Of a DNA stretch of 64,000 bases, positions 8,801 through 19,100 are shown in pieces. The stretch covers positions 186,001 through 250,000 of the IMG/VR virus record IMGVR_UViG_3300042907_001080; one strand, given 5' to 3'. The notes beneath the pieces were generated by a model, which worked only from the letters and a program-made list of their open reading frames with translations, did no database searches and was not told where the DNA came from. Every line of letters starts with the position of its first letter. Position 1 is the stretch's first letter. The translations under genes were made by a program, and so were the position numbers.

Positions 8801-11728
8801 TTACCAATAGAAGTTAAACACATGTGAAGTGCTGGTATTGCCAGTCAACCCGGTATTATCGTATGTTATGGTTCTGCCACCGTTGAAGTCTACCTGATTT
8901 CCTATCACAGTTCTAGTGCCAAAGCCTGCTATGTTGCTGGTTATTCTAGCACCAACTGGTATAGCCGTAGCCTCAGCCAATCTAGGATCATCTACAAGAC
9001 AGTATGTAGCGCCTAGCGTGCCGCCACTATAAGGATGTACTAATCCAGTGAATGTGTTCGGGAACTCTTCACTCACAGTTGTACCGTTGTTGACGATAGT
9101 ATGTCTAGCACCAGTGAAGTTTACTGTGGCCACGCCGCTCCATCCAGGTGAAACATCTACTCCCCAGTTACTAGGATCTGCTGTGAACACTGCTGCGGTG
9201 ACTATGCAAAACGTAGAATCGCTAGTATTTGTTACGGTATTTCCTACTCGAACTTGTTTATCTAAATTAGGATACGCTGACTTGGAAATATAGATAGTGG
9301 TCAGAGTGTTAGTGACTACCGATACACCATTCAACTCATAATAAGATGTATCAGATAACGGGTAACCCAAGTCCAAGAACAATCGAGTATCTGATTCAAC
9401 ACCATAAGTCACTGTGGAAGTAAATGCCGCGGCATACTTGGCCGTGTTACTGATTCTAACCATGGCCATCTTGCCATCAAAGTAGTTGTTGCCACCGCTT
9501 ATATTACCTATGGCTAAACTGTCTGTAGAGTTAGTATAGTTGGCTGTGCCAAATGTTCCTGAAACTTTAGTCTGCTCAACACCATTATAGAATACTTTCT
9601 GTGTGCCTGCGTCGTTGACAATGGCCACGTGTGTCCATTGCGCTGGAGTAGGTTCAGTGTATCGTACATCGTCATATTGAGCGCCTTGACCAACAACTAA
9701 TTTGCTGTCACTTATTGCTATGTTTATAGCATTAGTTGCGGCCCAACCTTCTTGATTTAACAAGCCCCATATGCCGCCAGTCATATTTGCGCTGCCATCA
9801 CCTGAACTATTAGCGTTTAACCAGAACTCTATGGTCCAAGATGTGCCCAAGTTCCAGTCGGTGCTGGCAGGTGTTGATAGATAATCTCCTTGAGGTTGAT
9901 TAAACTGTAAACTAAACGGTGGCTCTGGATCAAGACTGGTGTCATTGATGGTAATGTCATTGTCGGTGGTTGCTAATACTGTACCAGTGATGCTAACTGA
10001 TCGAAGACTGACTGTAAATGTTTCACTACCCTCAGTGGTAGCATCAACATCGGGTGTTACTGTAAATGAACCTGCGTTATTGGTAATTTCTACTTCGCCA
10101 CTGCTTGTACCGAAATCACCAGCGTTAGTTTCTACGGTCCAAAAATAAGTGTCGTCGGGAATATTAGTTCCGCTTACATCAATTATTAAACTACTGCCTT
10201 CATTGACATTGTTGGCTCTAGGTGCTATTTGATAAGTTGGCTCTGGTGTTAGGCTGGTGTCATTGATAGTTACTGAATCACTGGTTACTAAGTTTGGTTC
10301 TAAAAGACCAGTACGCAGGCTTACTGTAAATGACCCAGGGCCTTCGGTGGTATCATCAGCAGTGGGTGTCACCGAGAACGTTCCTGAATTACTTGTAACC
10401 GTAACAGTTCCAAAGGTTGTGGTAAAGTCTTCAAAGCCAGTTTCTATGACCCAGGAATAATTGCCATCTGATATATTAGTTCCACCAACTGTGAATTCTA
10501 AACTACTGCCTTCATCAACGTTGTCAGCGGCAGGTGTTAGTGTATATGTTGGCTCTGGTGTTAGACTTGTGTCATTGATAGTTACTGGATCACTGGTCAC
10601 TAATATATCACCAGCGATACTATCTGCTCGAAGACTGACTGTAAATGTCTCTGCACCCTCGGTGGTGGTATCAGTATCGGGTGTTACTGTAAATGAACCT
10701 TCGTTATTGGTAATGGTAACTAATCCATTATTTGCGCCAAAATCGCCTGCGCTGGTCTCCATAGTCCAATAATAAGTGCCGTTGACAATATTAGTTCCAC
10801 CTACATTAAATGTCAAAGTGCTGCCTTCATCGACGTTATCAGCATCTGGAGTCAGTGTATAAGTTGGTTGGATGCTGCCACTAAAAGCCAGTAGATAGAC
10901 CGGTCCTGTATAACTTGCTACTCCATCACCGATACCAGGATTGGTTTGTCTTTCTCTCCCTGGACGCTGTTGTTGACTGTTGGCGTGGAAATCATTGCCC
11001 CAATAACTCCAAAATGTTTCTAATGGATTATTATTGCGCCATTGATCACCTTTACCTGACAGTAGATTGCCACTGTAAGAGCACAAGGCCTGAATGTCGT
11101 TGTCAGCCTCTCGATTGATACCCATTATGACAAACTTGTCCGGAAGGTCTCCGTCGTTGTCTCTAAACCCTGAGCCGCCGTTGCTGGTCAATAAACCAGA
11201 ATATCCATTTGCGCCAGCAGTGAAATTGGTAACGGCTGGGCTCCCATATACTGTGTCGTTGGTGTGAAATGGAGTGTTGGTTTGAAGATAATAATCTAAA
11301 CGTCTAATAATATCGTAGATGGTTTCTGAACCTGTACTGGACACTAGATCGTATATCAAATAGTTGGTGTTAGAAGTGGGATCTGATAATGTGCCAGAAC
11401 CATCTACCAAGGCTATTTTTGTAATGCCAGTTTTAAGGAAAAAGTTAGCATAAACACCACCACCGTCGCCAAATGCTGTGCGAGTAATCGCACCAGAAGA
11501 TTGGAAGTTGGCTTCTCGGAATCCGGTGGTTCCAATACGGGCAAAAGGATCACTTAAGGTTTCACTAGTTTTTAATCCGGTGGTGGCCATAAGGATTTGC
11601 CAACCTGAGGTGACTATGCCGCTGGTATCTACGTCGGGTGTAAAAGTAGTTGGCGGAGCCAATCCATCGCCACCTCCACCGCCTCCACCGCTGGTGGTGC
11701 TGATTAATAATATTTGTGATATGGGCAT
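8801..11728 (-). CDS. tail fibre/receptor-binding protein with three Calx-beta-like repeats and a LamG/ConA-like lectin domain
   Basis: 3x NVDEG..TTEG.ETFTVSLR..VTINDTS; WTIEFW, WTHVAIV, YFDGKMAMVRISNTAKY. Confidence 0.78.
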   Translation of the reverse strand: MPISQILLISTTSGGGGGGGDGLAPPTTFTPDVDTSGIVTSGWQILMATTGLKTSETLSDPFARIGTTGFREANFQSSGAITRTAFGDGGGVYANFFLKTGITKIALVDGSGTLSDPTSNTNYLIYDLVSSTGSETIYDIIRRLDYYLQTNTPFHTNDTVYGSPAVTNFTAGANGYSGLLTSNGGSGFRDNDGDLPDKFVIMGINREADNDIQALCSYSGNLLSGKGDQWRNNNPLETFWSYWGNDFHANSQQQRPGRERQTNPGIGDGVASYTGPVYLLAFSGSIQPTYTLTPDADNVDEGSTLTFNVGGTNIVNGTYYWTMETSAGDFGANNGLVTITNNEGSFTVTPDTDTTTEGAETFTVSLRADSIAGDILVTSDPVTINDTSLTPEPTYTLTPAADNVDEGSSLEFTVGGTNISDGNYSWVIETGFEDFTTTFGTVTVTSNSGTFSVTPTADDTTEGPGSFTVSLRTGLLEPNLVTSDSVTINDTSLTPEPTYQIAPRANNVNEGSSLIIDVSGTNIPDDTYFWTVETNAGDFGTSSGEVEITNNAGSFTVTPDVDATTEGSETFTVSLRSVSITGTVLATTDNDITINDTSLDPEPPFSLQFNQPQGDYLSTPASTDWNLGTSWTIEFWLNANSSGDGSANMTGGIWGLLNQEGWAATNAINIAISDSKLVVGQGAQYDDVRYTEPTPAQWTHVAIVNDAGTQKVFYNGVEQTKVSGTFGTANYTNSTDSLAIGNISGGNNYFDGKMAMVRISNTAKYAAAFTSTVTYGVESDTRLFLDLGYPLSDTSYYELNGVSVVTNTLTTIYISKSAYPNLDKQVRVGNTVTNTSDSTFCIVTAAVFTADPSNWGVDVSPGWSGVATVNFTGARHTIVNNGTTVSEEFPNTFTGLVHPYSGGTLGATYCLVDDPRLAEATAIPVGARITSNIAGFGTRTVIGNQVDFNGGRTITYDNTGLTGNTSTSHVFNFYW
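9922..10868 (-). repeat. three tandem ~104-aa coding repeats (Calx-beta/Ig-like)
   Basis: PTY(T/Q)..P.A.NV.EGS...INDTSL unit repeated three times with visible nucleotide similarity; boundaries approximate. Confidence 0.85.
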
Positions 11729-11737
11729 CTCGTTTCC

Positions 11738-14700
11738 TTAATCTGGTCCAACATTGCCGGCCAACACCCACGAGTCTGTGTCAATCTTTAACAGCGTGGC
11801 CATACCGTACTCAGATACTAGGAAAGTTCCACCGTTTGAGTAATTATCATCACCGGGAATCATCACTTGTATACTGCCGCCTTCTGTGTTGATAGCCACA
11901 CTATCACCTCGAGGATTCACAATGGTAATCACAGTGCCTATGGGGAACTCTACGCGACTATTGTAGGGGATACGAATGCTTTCGATATCGTCGGTACAGA
12001 GAATGTGATGTCCGCGATCCACCATACCTAGCGTATAATCTACACCATTGAACAGTCTCTGCGGAACATCTGTAGCACTGGTACTCTGTTTGGTACCATC
12101 GGCAAACACAATGTTGCCGCCGTCTGTGTCACGCACAATTTCTACGACCATTGGTGGATAGTAACCAAAAACATCATAGTCGCTGGTGTTGTTGGTGGTT
12201 ACAGTCACTGTGGCTGTGGTTTTGATCAATGGATCACTGCTGTCGTTTAATAGGCCAGCATAATTGTTCACACCTGCTATATCAACAACATCAATAGCGT
12301 AGTTGAAATCGGCGCCCCAGTAGTTGGTCTCTGTATTAACATCTGTGTAGCAGAACTGTCCATACTCGCCTGTGCCCGAGCCGTCTAGAGGCAAGCGAGC
12401 AGCCCAAGCCCAATTATCATCATCGGTGCTATTACGTCCCGTGATATAGAAACTGTTAGCGTCTGTGACTAGACACTCACCAGAACTGCCAATGTAAGCA
12501 CTATAGTCAATGTTAGGAGACAGCCAACGCTTCCACACAGTTTCTCCTGCGGGTGTTAGTAGGAATATTTTAATAGCATAGTCTTCGTCTGTGGTGATAG
12601 TCTCTGAACTGTCATCTTCAACCGCTACCAATAGATTTCCGTCTGGTGTGCGGGCAATGGTTATATCCTGACCATCAGTGCGTCTCTGCCATTTGACTGT
12701 GCCTGTGCTGTCTAACTTGCTGACAAAAGAATCACCGCTGTCGTTTTCGTCTACAACATATATGTCTGTGCCAATGGTCACTACACTATGTCCTTCGTGA
12801 TCGTCGTTTCCAGCGTTGAGTTGACGAGCCCACTGTAGTGTACCTGCGCTGTTGAACTTGTAAACCACCGATAGATCATCAAAATTGTTAGCTGCCAATT
12901 CTCCATATCCACCGCCTACCGCAATGATATTGTCTTGACTGTCCACTGTCAGTGTAATTATTTCATCATACTTATCTTTTGCTGTGCCAAATGTGCGCTG
13001 CCAAGTAGGAGTAATCAGCACACAGTCATTGTCTCGTGAGTAGGTCACTGACCAACTACCGTCAGCAGTAAAGTCAACCTGTGCAGTTGTTTCTATCTTC
13101 CAAGTTGTTGATTGACTTGTACCTGACACATTGTCGATGTAAAACTCGTTTTGGCCAACGAAGAGATTAACTGTTAGGTCGTTAGCGGGACTTGTTCCGC
13201 CTAGGCTTGTTCCAGGAACAACAACAACATCACCGTTGACATAGTTACTACCGTTGGCGGTAATTACACGACTACCGTCTTGATTGCTGTAATCGTTGTC
13301 AAAGAACGGTCCTTGTATTGTAAAGATAAATCCAGAACCTACTTCAAAGTTAGTGCCTGATACTTCAGTATCAGTTGCCACTGTGGTTCCAGCGGCTGTT
13401 CCTGTATGAGTCACATTGTTAATGACACCACCGCCTAGCGTACCCCCTACTGTAATGATGATATCGTTGTCCGGTGTTGCTCCAGGTACGCCAACTAAAC
13501 TTGTACCTAAAATCTTGATCTTGTGCCCTGCTAGATAGTCTGTACCACCACTAACAACCGAAACACTATAAGTACCATCACCGTTGTTGGTGATGTCAAA
13601 TGTAGCACCTGAACCTTCTCGTGTTGTACCAGTCAATCCAGTGTAGCGTTCCGAAAAGTTAACACTTTGGAACGGTGAAATACCAGTTCCGCCAATCTGC
13701 CAGTTGTCATTGATATACTCAACTTCTGGAACAGCACTTCTTAAAATCACAATAGTGCCTACACCGCTGCCTGTTTGTGGGACTACAGGAAACTCAGCAC
13801 TGAACTCGCCCATTTTTCTACCACCTATCACATAGGCTCCGTCGCTGGTCCAGGCAATGGTGTTTAGTTCAACATCGCCGTCACTGTCTTTGAATTCTGT
13901 AACATTTAAAAGACGACCAGTATCTTGATCTAAAGTAAACAATATGCTGTAAGTATAGGTGTCAAAAACATAACCCAACCCCATGATGTTGCCTGTGACG
14001 GGATGAATTTTGAGGCTGGTTAACTCACCATTGTCGCCATTGTCATCTTCAAAAACTCTAACACTCCATAGTCTATCGCCTTCAGGACTGATCTTCATTA
14101 CGAATGCATGGTCGTCGTCATCTTCGTCGCCACCTATATAACTGTAGCCCTGTGAGTCAACTGCAACGCAATCGCCTTCGATGTGATTATTAGAATCGCG
14201 ACTGTCTAGACCAATAAACCAACCTACCTGCGTCTGTGTCAGTTTAAGGTCACCATCGTTGGGAATTGTCAGCGTACCGTCAGCACCAAATGTATAAGCG
14301 TAAGTTTCACTCTTGACAATGTTGTTGGCCACAGTGGTGTCAGCGTCTGGTACCAGTGTGGAATTTGTTGCGGTAATAGTTTCATCCCAGTTTTCATGAG
14401 TTAGAGGACTGTCGCTGGTAGTGTGGGTGACAAAGCGAGCCGGCACACGACTTTCTGTGAAACTTAAATCACCAATGGTCAAGTCAGTGCCTGCTGTGGG
14501 CAACTGTACCACAAAGTAATCGTATTCGTCGTCTGCTGAACTGCCATTTCGAAACGGTGTGGCATTCCAACTGTATCCGTATCCGTCTACGGCAAACTTG
14601 TCACCGAATACTGCTATGGCCTGACCGCGGCCTCCTTCTGGACTATCGGGTTCCTCTTCTTCTAGGTGGGCCACATCAACATAGCGTTGCCAAACCACCG

Positions 14701-15919
14701 CACCCTGTGTGTCATAGCGAACCACGATCATCTTGTTCTGTCCAAGATTTTCTCGGCCATTTTCTGAAACATCAGGTAGTGGGCCTGTTTTCTTGGCAAA
14801 TGTCAAGGATGATAGATAAACATCGCCTGTGGCAGTGGCTGTCAATCCCGCGATCCAACTGCCGCAAGGTCCTGGGCCAAGTCTGCGTGTCCACTGTACC
14901 ACACCACTTGAGTTCAGTTTGGTCAATATACCAGCAGACGCTTCTGGAGTGTTATTGATATCACTGTTTGTAGTTTTAACTTCATAGGCACCTACCGCAT
15001 AGATATTGCCCAGTGCGTCACTGGCACAGTCACCGCCGTACATGTCATAGGTGTCGGGTGCTTCTAGACTCTTGCTCCATACAGGCTCTAGATCCTCGTC
15101 TAGTTTTTCAATGAACATCTTGTTAACACCGGCATTGGTGTCGTGGTAATAACCAGTGACAAAAACATTCTCATCAGGGTCAACATCGATACCTGTAACA
15201 ACTACAAGGTCTGTTACGGGCAACTGTAAGGATTTTTTCAACAGCACTGAGCCATCAGTGATGCTGATTTCCATTATTAATACTGCGCTAGGTCCTGGAC
15301 CACCTTCACCCACTGAAAAGGCCAAGGCCAATGTGGTAGTGCTCTTTTCTTCAATGTAGCCTAGGAAGGACGAAATCTGTCCAATGACATATTCTTTCTT
15401 CCAACCCAAAGTGCCCGTGGATTCAAACTGCATCACGATAACATCAGAACTTTCATCGCCTGCGTTAAGAGTAATGTAAGCACGATCCGAACTGTCTATG
15501 GCCAATGCTATTGGATAATACTCACTGAATGATTTTTGCCAGGCTACGGCACCAGCGGCTGTGTATTTGGTAAGAACTGCTATGGGGTAACTGTCATTAT
15601 CTTCATAAGTTTGAGTCAATGAGTAAAGATTACCCAGGCTGTCATAGCGCAGAGCACGGGGGTTAGTGTCACCTTCTTGGCTACGCTGTGTGGCGATCCA
15701 ATGCTCTGTTGAGCCTGCTGTGACCACAACATTGCCCTCGGCAGTAAGAGTAGCACCATCGCCCCCACCATAACTCAACTGTGACCAAGTACTGGTACCA
15801 TTACCATACTTGACCTTGCCAGTATCTGTTTCTAATCCTGGTTCGCCGGCGGCTAGTACGGGATTAGTTTGTGTCCAGTTGGCCGCAGTGTCACGGCGTA
15901 GTTTGATTCTTGTTGTCAT
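11738..15919 (-). CDS. tail fibre protein with Mtd N-terminal domain and beta-propeller repeats
   Basis: RIKLRRDTAANWT..NPVLA.GEPGLETDTGK.KYGNG (Mtd_N); repeated K...G...W.(K/R) propeller blades. Confidence 0.8.
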   Translation of the reverse strand: MTTRIKLRRDTAANWTQTNPVLAAGEPGLETDTGKVKYGNGTSTWSQLSYGGGDGATLTAEGNVVVTAGSTEHWIATQRSQEGDTNPRALRYDSLGNLYSLTQTYEDNDSYPIAVLTKYTAAGAVAWQKSFSEYYPIALAIDSSDRAYITLNAGDESSDVIVMQFESTGTLGWKKEYVIGQISSFLGYIEEKSTTTLALAFSVGEGGPGPSAVLIMEISITDGSVLLKKSLQLPVTDLVVVTGIDVDPDENVFVTGYYHDTNAGVNKMFIEKLDEDLEPVWSKSLEAPDTYDMYGGDCASDALGNIYAVGAYEVKTTNSDINNTPEASAGILTKLNSSGVVQWTRRLGPGPCGSWIAGLTATATGDVYLSSLTFAKKTGPLPDVSENGRENLGQNKMIVVRYDTQGAVVWQRYVDVAHLEEEEPDSPEGGRGQAIAVFGDKFAVDGYGYSWNATPFRNGSSADDEYDYFVVQLPTAGTDLTIGDLSFTESRVPARFVTHTTSDSPLTHENWDETITATNSTLVPDADTTVANNIVKSETYAYTFGADGTLTIPNDGDLKLTQTQVGWFIGLDSRDSNNHIEGDCVAVDSQGYSYIGGDEDDDDHAFVMKISPEGDRLWSVRVFEDDNGDNGELTSLKIHPVTGNIMGLGYVFDTYTYSILFTLDQDTGRLLNVTEFKDSDGDVELNTIAWTSDGAYVIGGRKMGEFSAEFPVVPQTGSGVGTIVILRSAVPEVEYINDNWQIGGTGISPFQSVNFSERYTGLTGTTREGSGATFDITNNGDGTYSVSVVSGGTDYLAGHKIKILGTSLVGVPGATPDNDIIITVGGTLGGGVINNVTHTGTAAGTTVATDTEVSGTNFEVGSGFIFTIQGPFFDNDYSNQDGSRVITANGSNYVNGDVVVVPGTSLGGTSPANDLTVNLFVGQNEFYIDNVSGTSQSTTWKIETTAQVDFTADGSWSVTYSRDNDCVLITPTWQRTFGTAKDKYDEIITLTVDSQDNIIAVGGGYGELAANNFDDLSVVYKFNSAGTLQWARQLNAGNDDHEGHSVVTIGTDIYVVDENDSGDSFVSKLDSTGTVKWQRRTDGQDITIARTPDGNLLVAVEDDSSETITTDEDYAIKIFLLTPAGETVWKRWLSPNIDYSAYIGSSGECLVTDANSFYITGRNSTDDDNWAWAARLPLDGSGTGEYGQFCYTDVNTETNYWGADFNYAIDVVDIAGVNNYAGLLNDSSDPLIKTTATVTVTTNNTSDYDVFGYYPPMVVEIVRDTDGGNIVFADGTKQSTSATDVPQRLFNGVDYTLGMVDRGHHILCTDDIESIRIPYNSRVEFPIGTVITIVNPRGDSVAINTEGGSIQVMIPGDDNYSNGGTFLVSEYGMATLLKIDTDSWVLAGNVGPD

Positions 15920-15922
15920 TGT

Positions 15923-16129
15923 TTATGCTCCGTTGCCACCGTCGATGGTGTTGTCTAAATTGTCGTTGTAGGTTTGATCAGCAAACCCGCCCTCTGCTAC
16001 ATACTGTGCTCTACCTGCTAGCCAAGGAACTAATGTGCTCCAAATGCTGCCGGTCCATTGATAGGTCACAGCGTTGTCACCTACGTATTCTTGCCCTAGT
16101 GTGGGCTCTGTTGGAAATGTTATTGCCAT
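15923..16129 (-). CDS. small fibre-associated protein
   Basis: MAITFP..PT.GQ.Y....VTYQW.G..W domain typical of phage fibre N-termini; late promoter upstream. Confidence 0.65.
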   Translation of the reverse strand: MAITFPTEPTLGQEYVGDNAVTYQWTGSIWSTLVPWLAGRAQYVAEGGFADQTYNDNLDNTIDGGNGA

Positions 16130-16154
16130 TTTTGTGTCCTATTCATATTTATCG

Positions 16155-19100
16155 TTAAACCTTAGTGTAGCCATAGTAGACTGTAACTGATGATCCGCTG
16201 GTGTTGGCAATAGTAAAATCAAATCTATTGCTGGTTGATCCTACATAGGTAGCGTCTGTACTGATTGTACCTGCAGTACCTCTGATCTGATCAGGTATAG
16301 CTGTTAGCAATATAGGTGATCCGCCGCCTGTATAGTTCCACGCATACTGATATCCTATTGCTGGCACATTAGTATTTGTTATGCTTAATGTAGCATTCCA
16401 AGTAATAATGCCATTAGGAATATTTCCCTTAACCCACAAGGTGTAAGTGCCGTCTGACGGAACTGTGAAATTGTAGGTGTTAGTACCTGTGGTAACAGTC
16501 CATGATCCTTCTACACGCTGGGCTGTTTGACTAACGCCTGTACTGTTTACAATGTCGCCGGGAATATTTAAATTACCATCCTCACCAAATGTCCATCTAC
16601 GTAGAGTACTATCACTTAAGTTAATCTCGATATCAATGTTGCCTTCACTCTTAATATCACCAGGAATAGTTAAATTACCATCTGTGTCAAACTCCCAAAC
16701 TTGATTAGTTTCACTAGGTGTAGTAATTTGTATATTACCATTAGTAGTAGTACGCACATTGTGATCGTCTGTGCCCAGAAAGATACTGGTCACTGACAAA
16801 TCACCTGTGGTCAAGTGTAGGTGGTGCTCGCCTTCGAAAGTAGGAGAGCCACTGTTAATCAGTACTGATTCAGCACCCACATTCGCAGGGTCGTAGTTAT
16901 CCTCTTCGGGCGATACCCGAACTCTAAATTCATAAGCATCACTGGTCAAGGTAAAAGTAAAATTGCCTTCACCAAATTCATCTAATACAACTGTGCCTGT
17001 ACTAGGAGTAGATAGGCCAACACCCTCTGGATAGATCCACCAGTAGAGTGTTTGTCCACCTCTGGTCGGTGCGTCTACATACACATAGTCCACATTGCCC
17101 TCTGTCCAAGTGTTGCTAGGGACAGTTAATGTAATACCGTTTTCTGTATTTGAAAATGTGCCGCCGCCTTTGATCACCAACTTCTGGCTAGCCACTGCTG
17201 GCGTTGCTGGAGTTAGTTGAATAGTTGGATTGCTGGTAACAACGCCTTCTGAGATCGTGCCACCTTGTGGCAATGTTAATGTGCCTGTTGATTCTAACAC
17301 TAGTTCGTTAGCACCGTTGGTCAATCTGTCGTCACCACCAACATTACCGTAGTATAGCGTACCAATTAGGTCACTGGTAAGATCATATTCTGGATCAAAA
17401 TCAGTTATGGTAAACTCGTTGATGTAGTCACTGTCTGTTTTGGCAGCGTCAACCACTGTGATATCGCTGGCGTCGGCGTCTAATGTTCCGCTGAATCCAG
17501 AAGGAGTAAATTCATAGTTGCCCACTGCGAATATTGTTCCAGCACTGTCAACCTGTGCTACAAGAGCGTTAGGTTGAATTTCGGGGAAATTTTCTATGTC
17601 TCCAAATCCACCGCCCACTGCCACATAGCCATTCCTCACTGCTAGGTTGCTGCCGCCGCCTAGTTGGACAAAAAAGCCACCGGCAAACATCGACGAGGTT
17701 GTATTGGTCAGCAATCTTTGCCATTCCACTCCACCGTCCGTGTCATACTTGGCGAGGACCATTTTAGTAGTTTCTTCGTTGGCAGAGACGGTTATTCCTG
17801 ATAGGTATAGGTAGTTGTCTGGACCAACTACAATGCTGGTAGCAAAATCTGAACAGGTACCTATTAACTTGCGAGTCCATTGTTTAACACCTGAACTGTT
17901 AAACTTGATTATGATCATGGCCTGGAACTCCTGACCATTGTTATCATAATAAAAATTTCCGCAAACGTAAATGTTGCCCGCACTGTCTATGTCAGCATCT
18001 GCTCCTTTACAGTCGTAGCCTTCTTCAACTGTCACAGACTTTTGCCATGCTATTGTGCCATCACTGAGATACTTGACAACCAGCATTTGATCGTCAGTAT
18101 CCTCTCCCAGTTGAGCCATATAACCTACACTGACTACTTCACCAGTTGGACCAACTGCCATACCATAGGCTTCTTCATTACCTTGTCCGTCAAGTGCTCT
18201 TGACCAAGTGACTGTGCCATCTGCCGCGTTGATTTTAGTGGTGACTACTTGATTATCTGTGTCGCTATCGGCATAACCAACTATAATAGGACTGCCATCT
18301 GATGCTACATCAACAACTGTGTTAAAGTTTTCATAGCCAACATCGTAGGACTTGCTCCAGTTTATACTGCCATCTTCAGTGTCAAGTTTAGTTAATGTGG
18401 CAATATTGTATGCGCCAATGCCCTCCCCGATTGCCCATCCAGCAACATAGATATGGCCGCTGTCGTTGTCCACAGCCAAGCCCCAACCGTTGGTGAATTC
18501 TGCACCCTTAAAAATCATGCTCCATACTTGTGTGCCATTGGGGTTAAATCTAGCCACGCTGCTGTATGATCCGGTGTAGCCCCCACCTGTATCCTCGCTG
18601 TGAACGATCAAGGCAACAACATCACCGTTGGCCAAATATTCAACACTCATAGCCAATGCCGGTACATCGGCCGCGCCTAATGATGTTTCAAATTCCTGTA
18701 TCCAAATATTGCTATTACCGCTGTCTAATACACTATTACCGTTGCTGTCAAGTATGTCACCACCTACTGGTAGTGTTAGATTTCCATCCTCACCAAAACT
18801 CCATCTTCGCAGTGTTGAGTCACTTAGGTTGATGTCAATGTTGATGTTGCCTTCACTAAGAATATCGCCTGGGACAGTTAAATTACCATCTTTACCAAAA
18901 CTCCAAAGATTTGTCGCATCTGTACCAATCTGTACACCCACGTTGGTCAAAGTTGAATCATAGGGTAACTTGACATAGTTAAAGTCATCACCAAAGAATA
19001 GATCCACAGTGGTAGGGTCATCACGCATGATGTGGAAATGACTTGATTGGGTAGGAACACATTGTTCAGGAGTATTACCAAACAATACGGTACCACGGTC

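Noticed and set aside
11668-11700. GGT/GGA/GGC tract as a phase-variable repeat
   Set aside because: Mixed Gly codons encode a flexible linker; it is not a pure simple-sequence repeat.
11738-15919. Diversity-generating retroelement suggested by the Mtd N-terminal domain
   Set aside because: No reverse transcriptase, no TR/VR pair with adenine-specific mismatches and no C-terminal CLec domain seen in the window.
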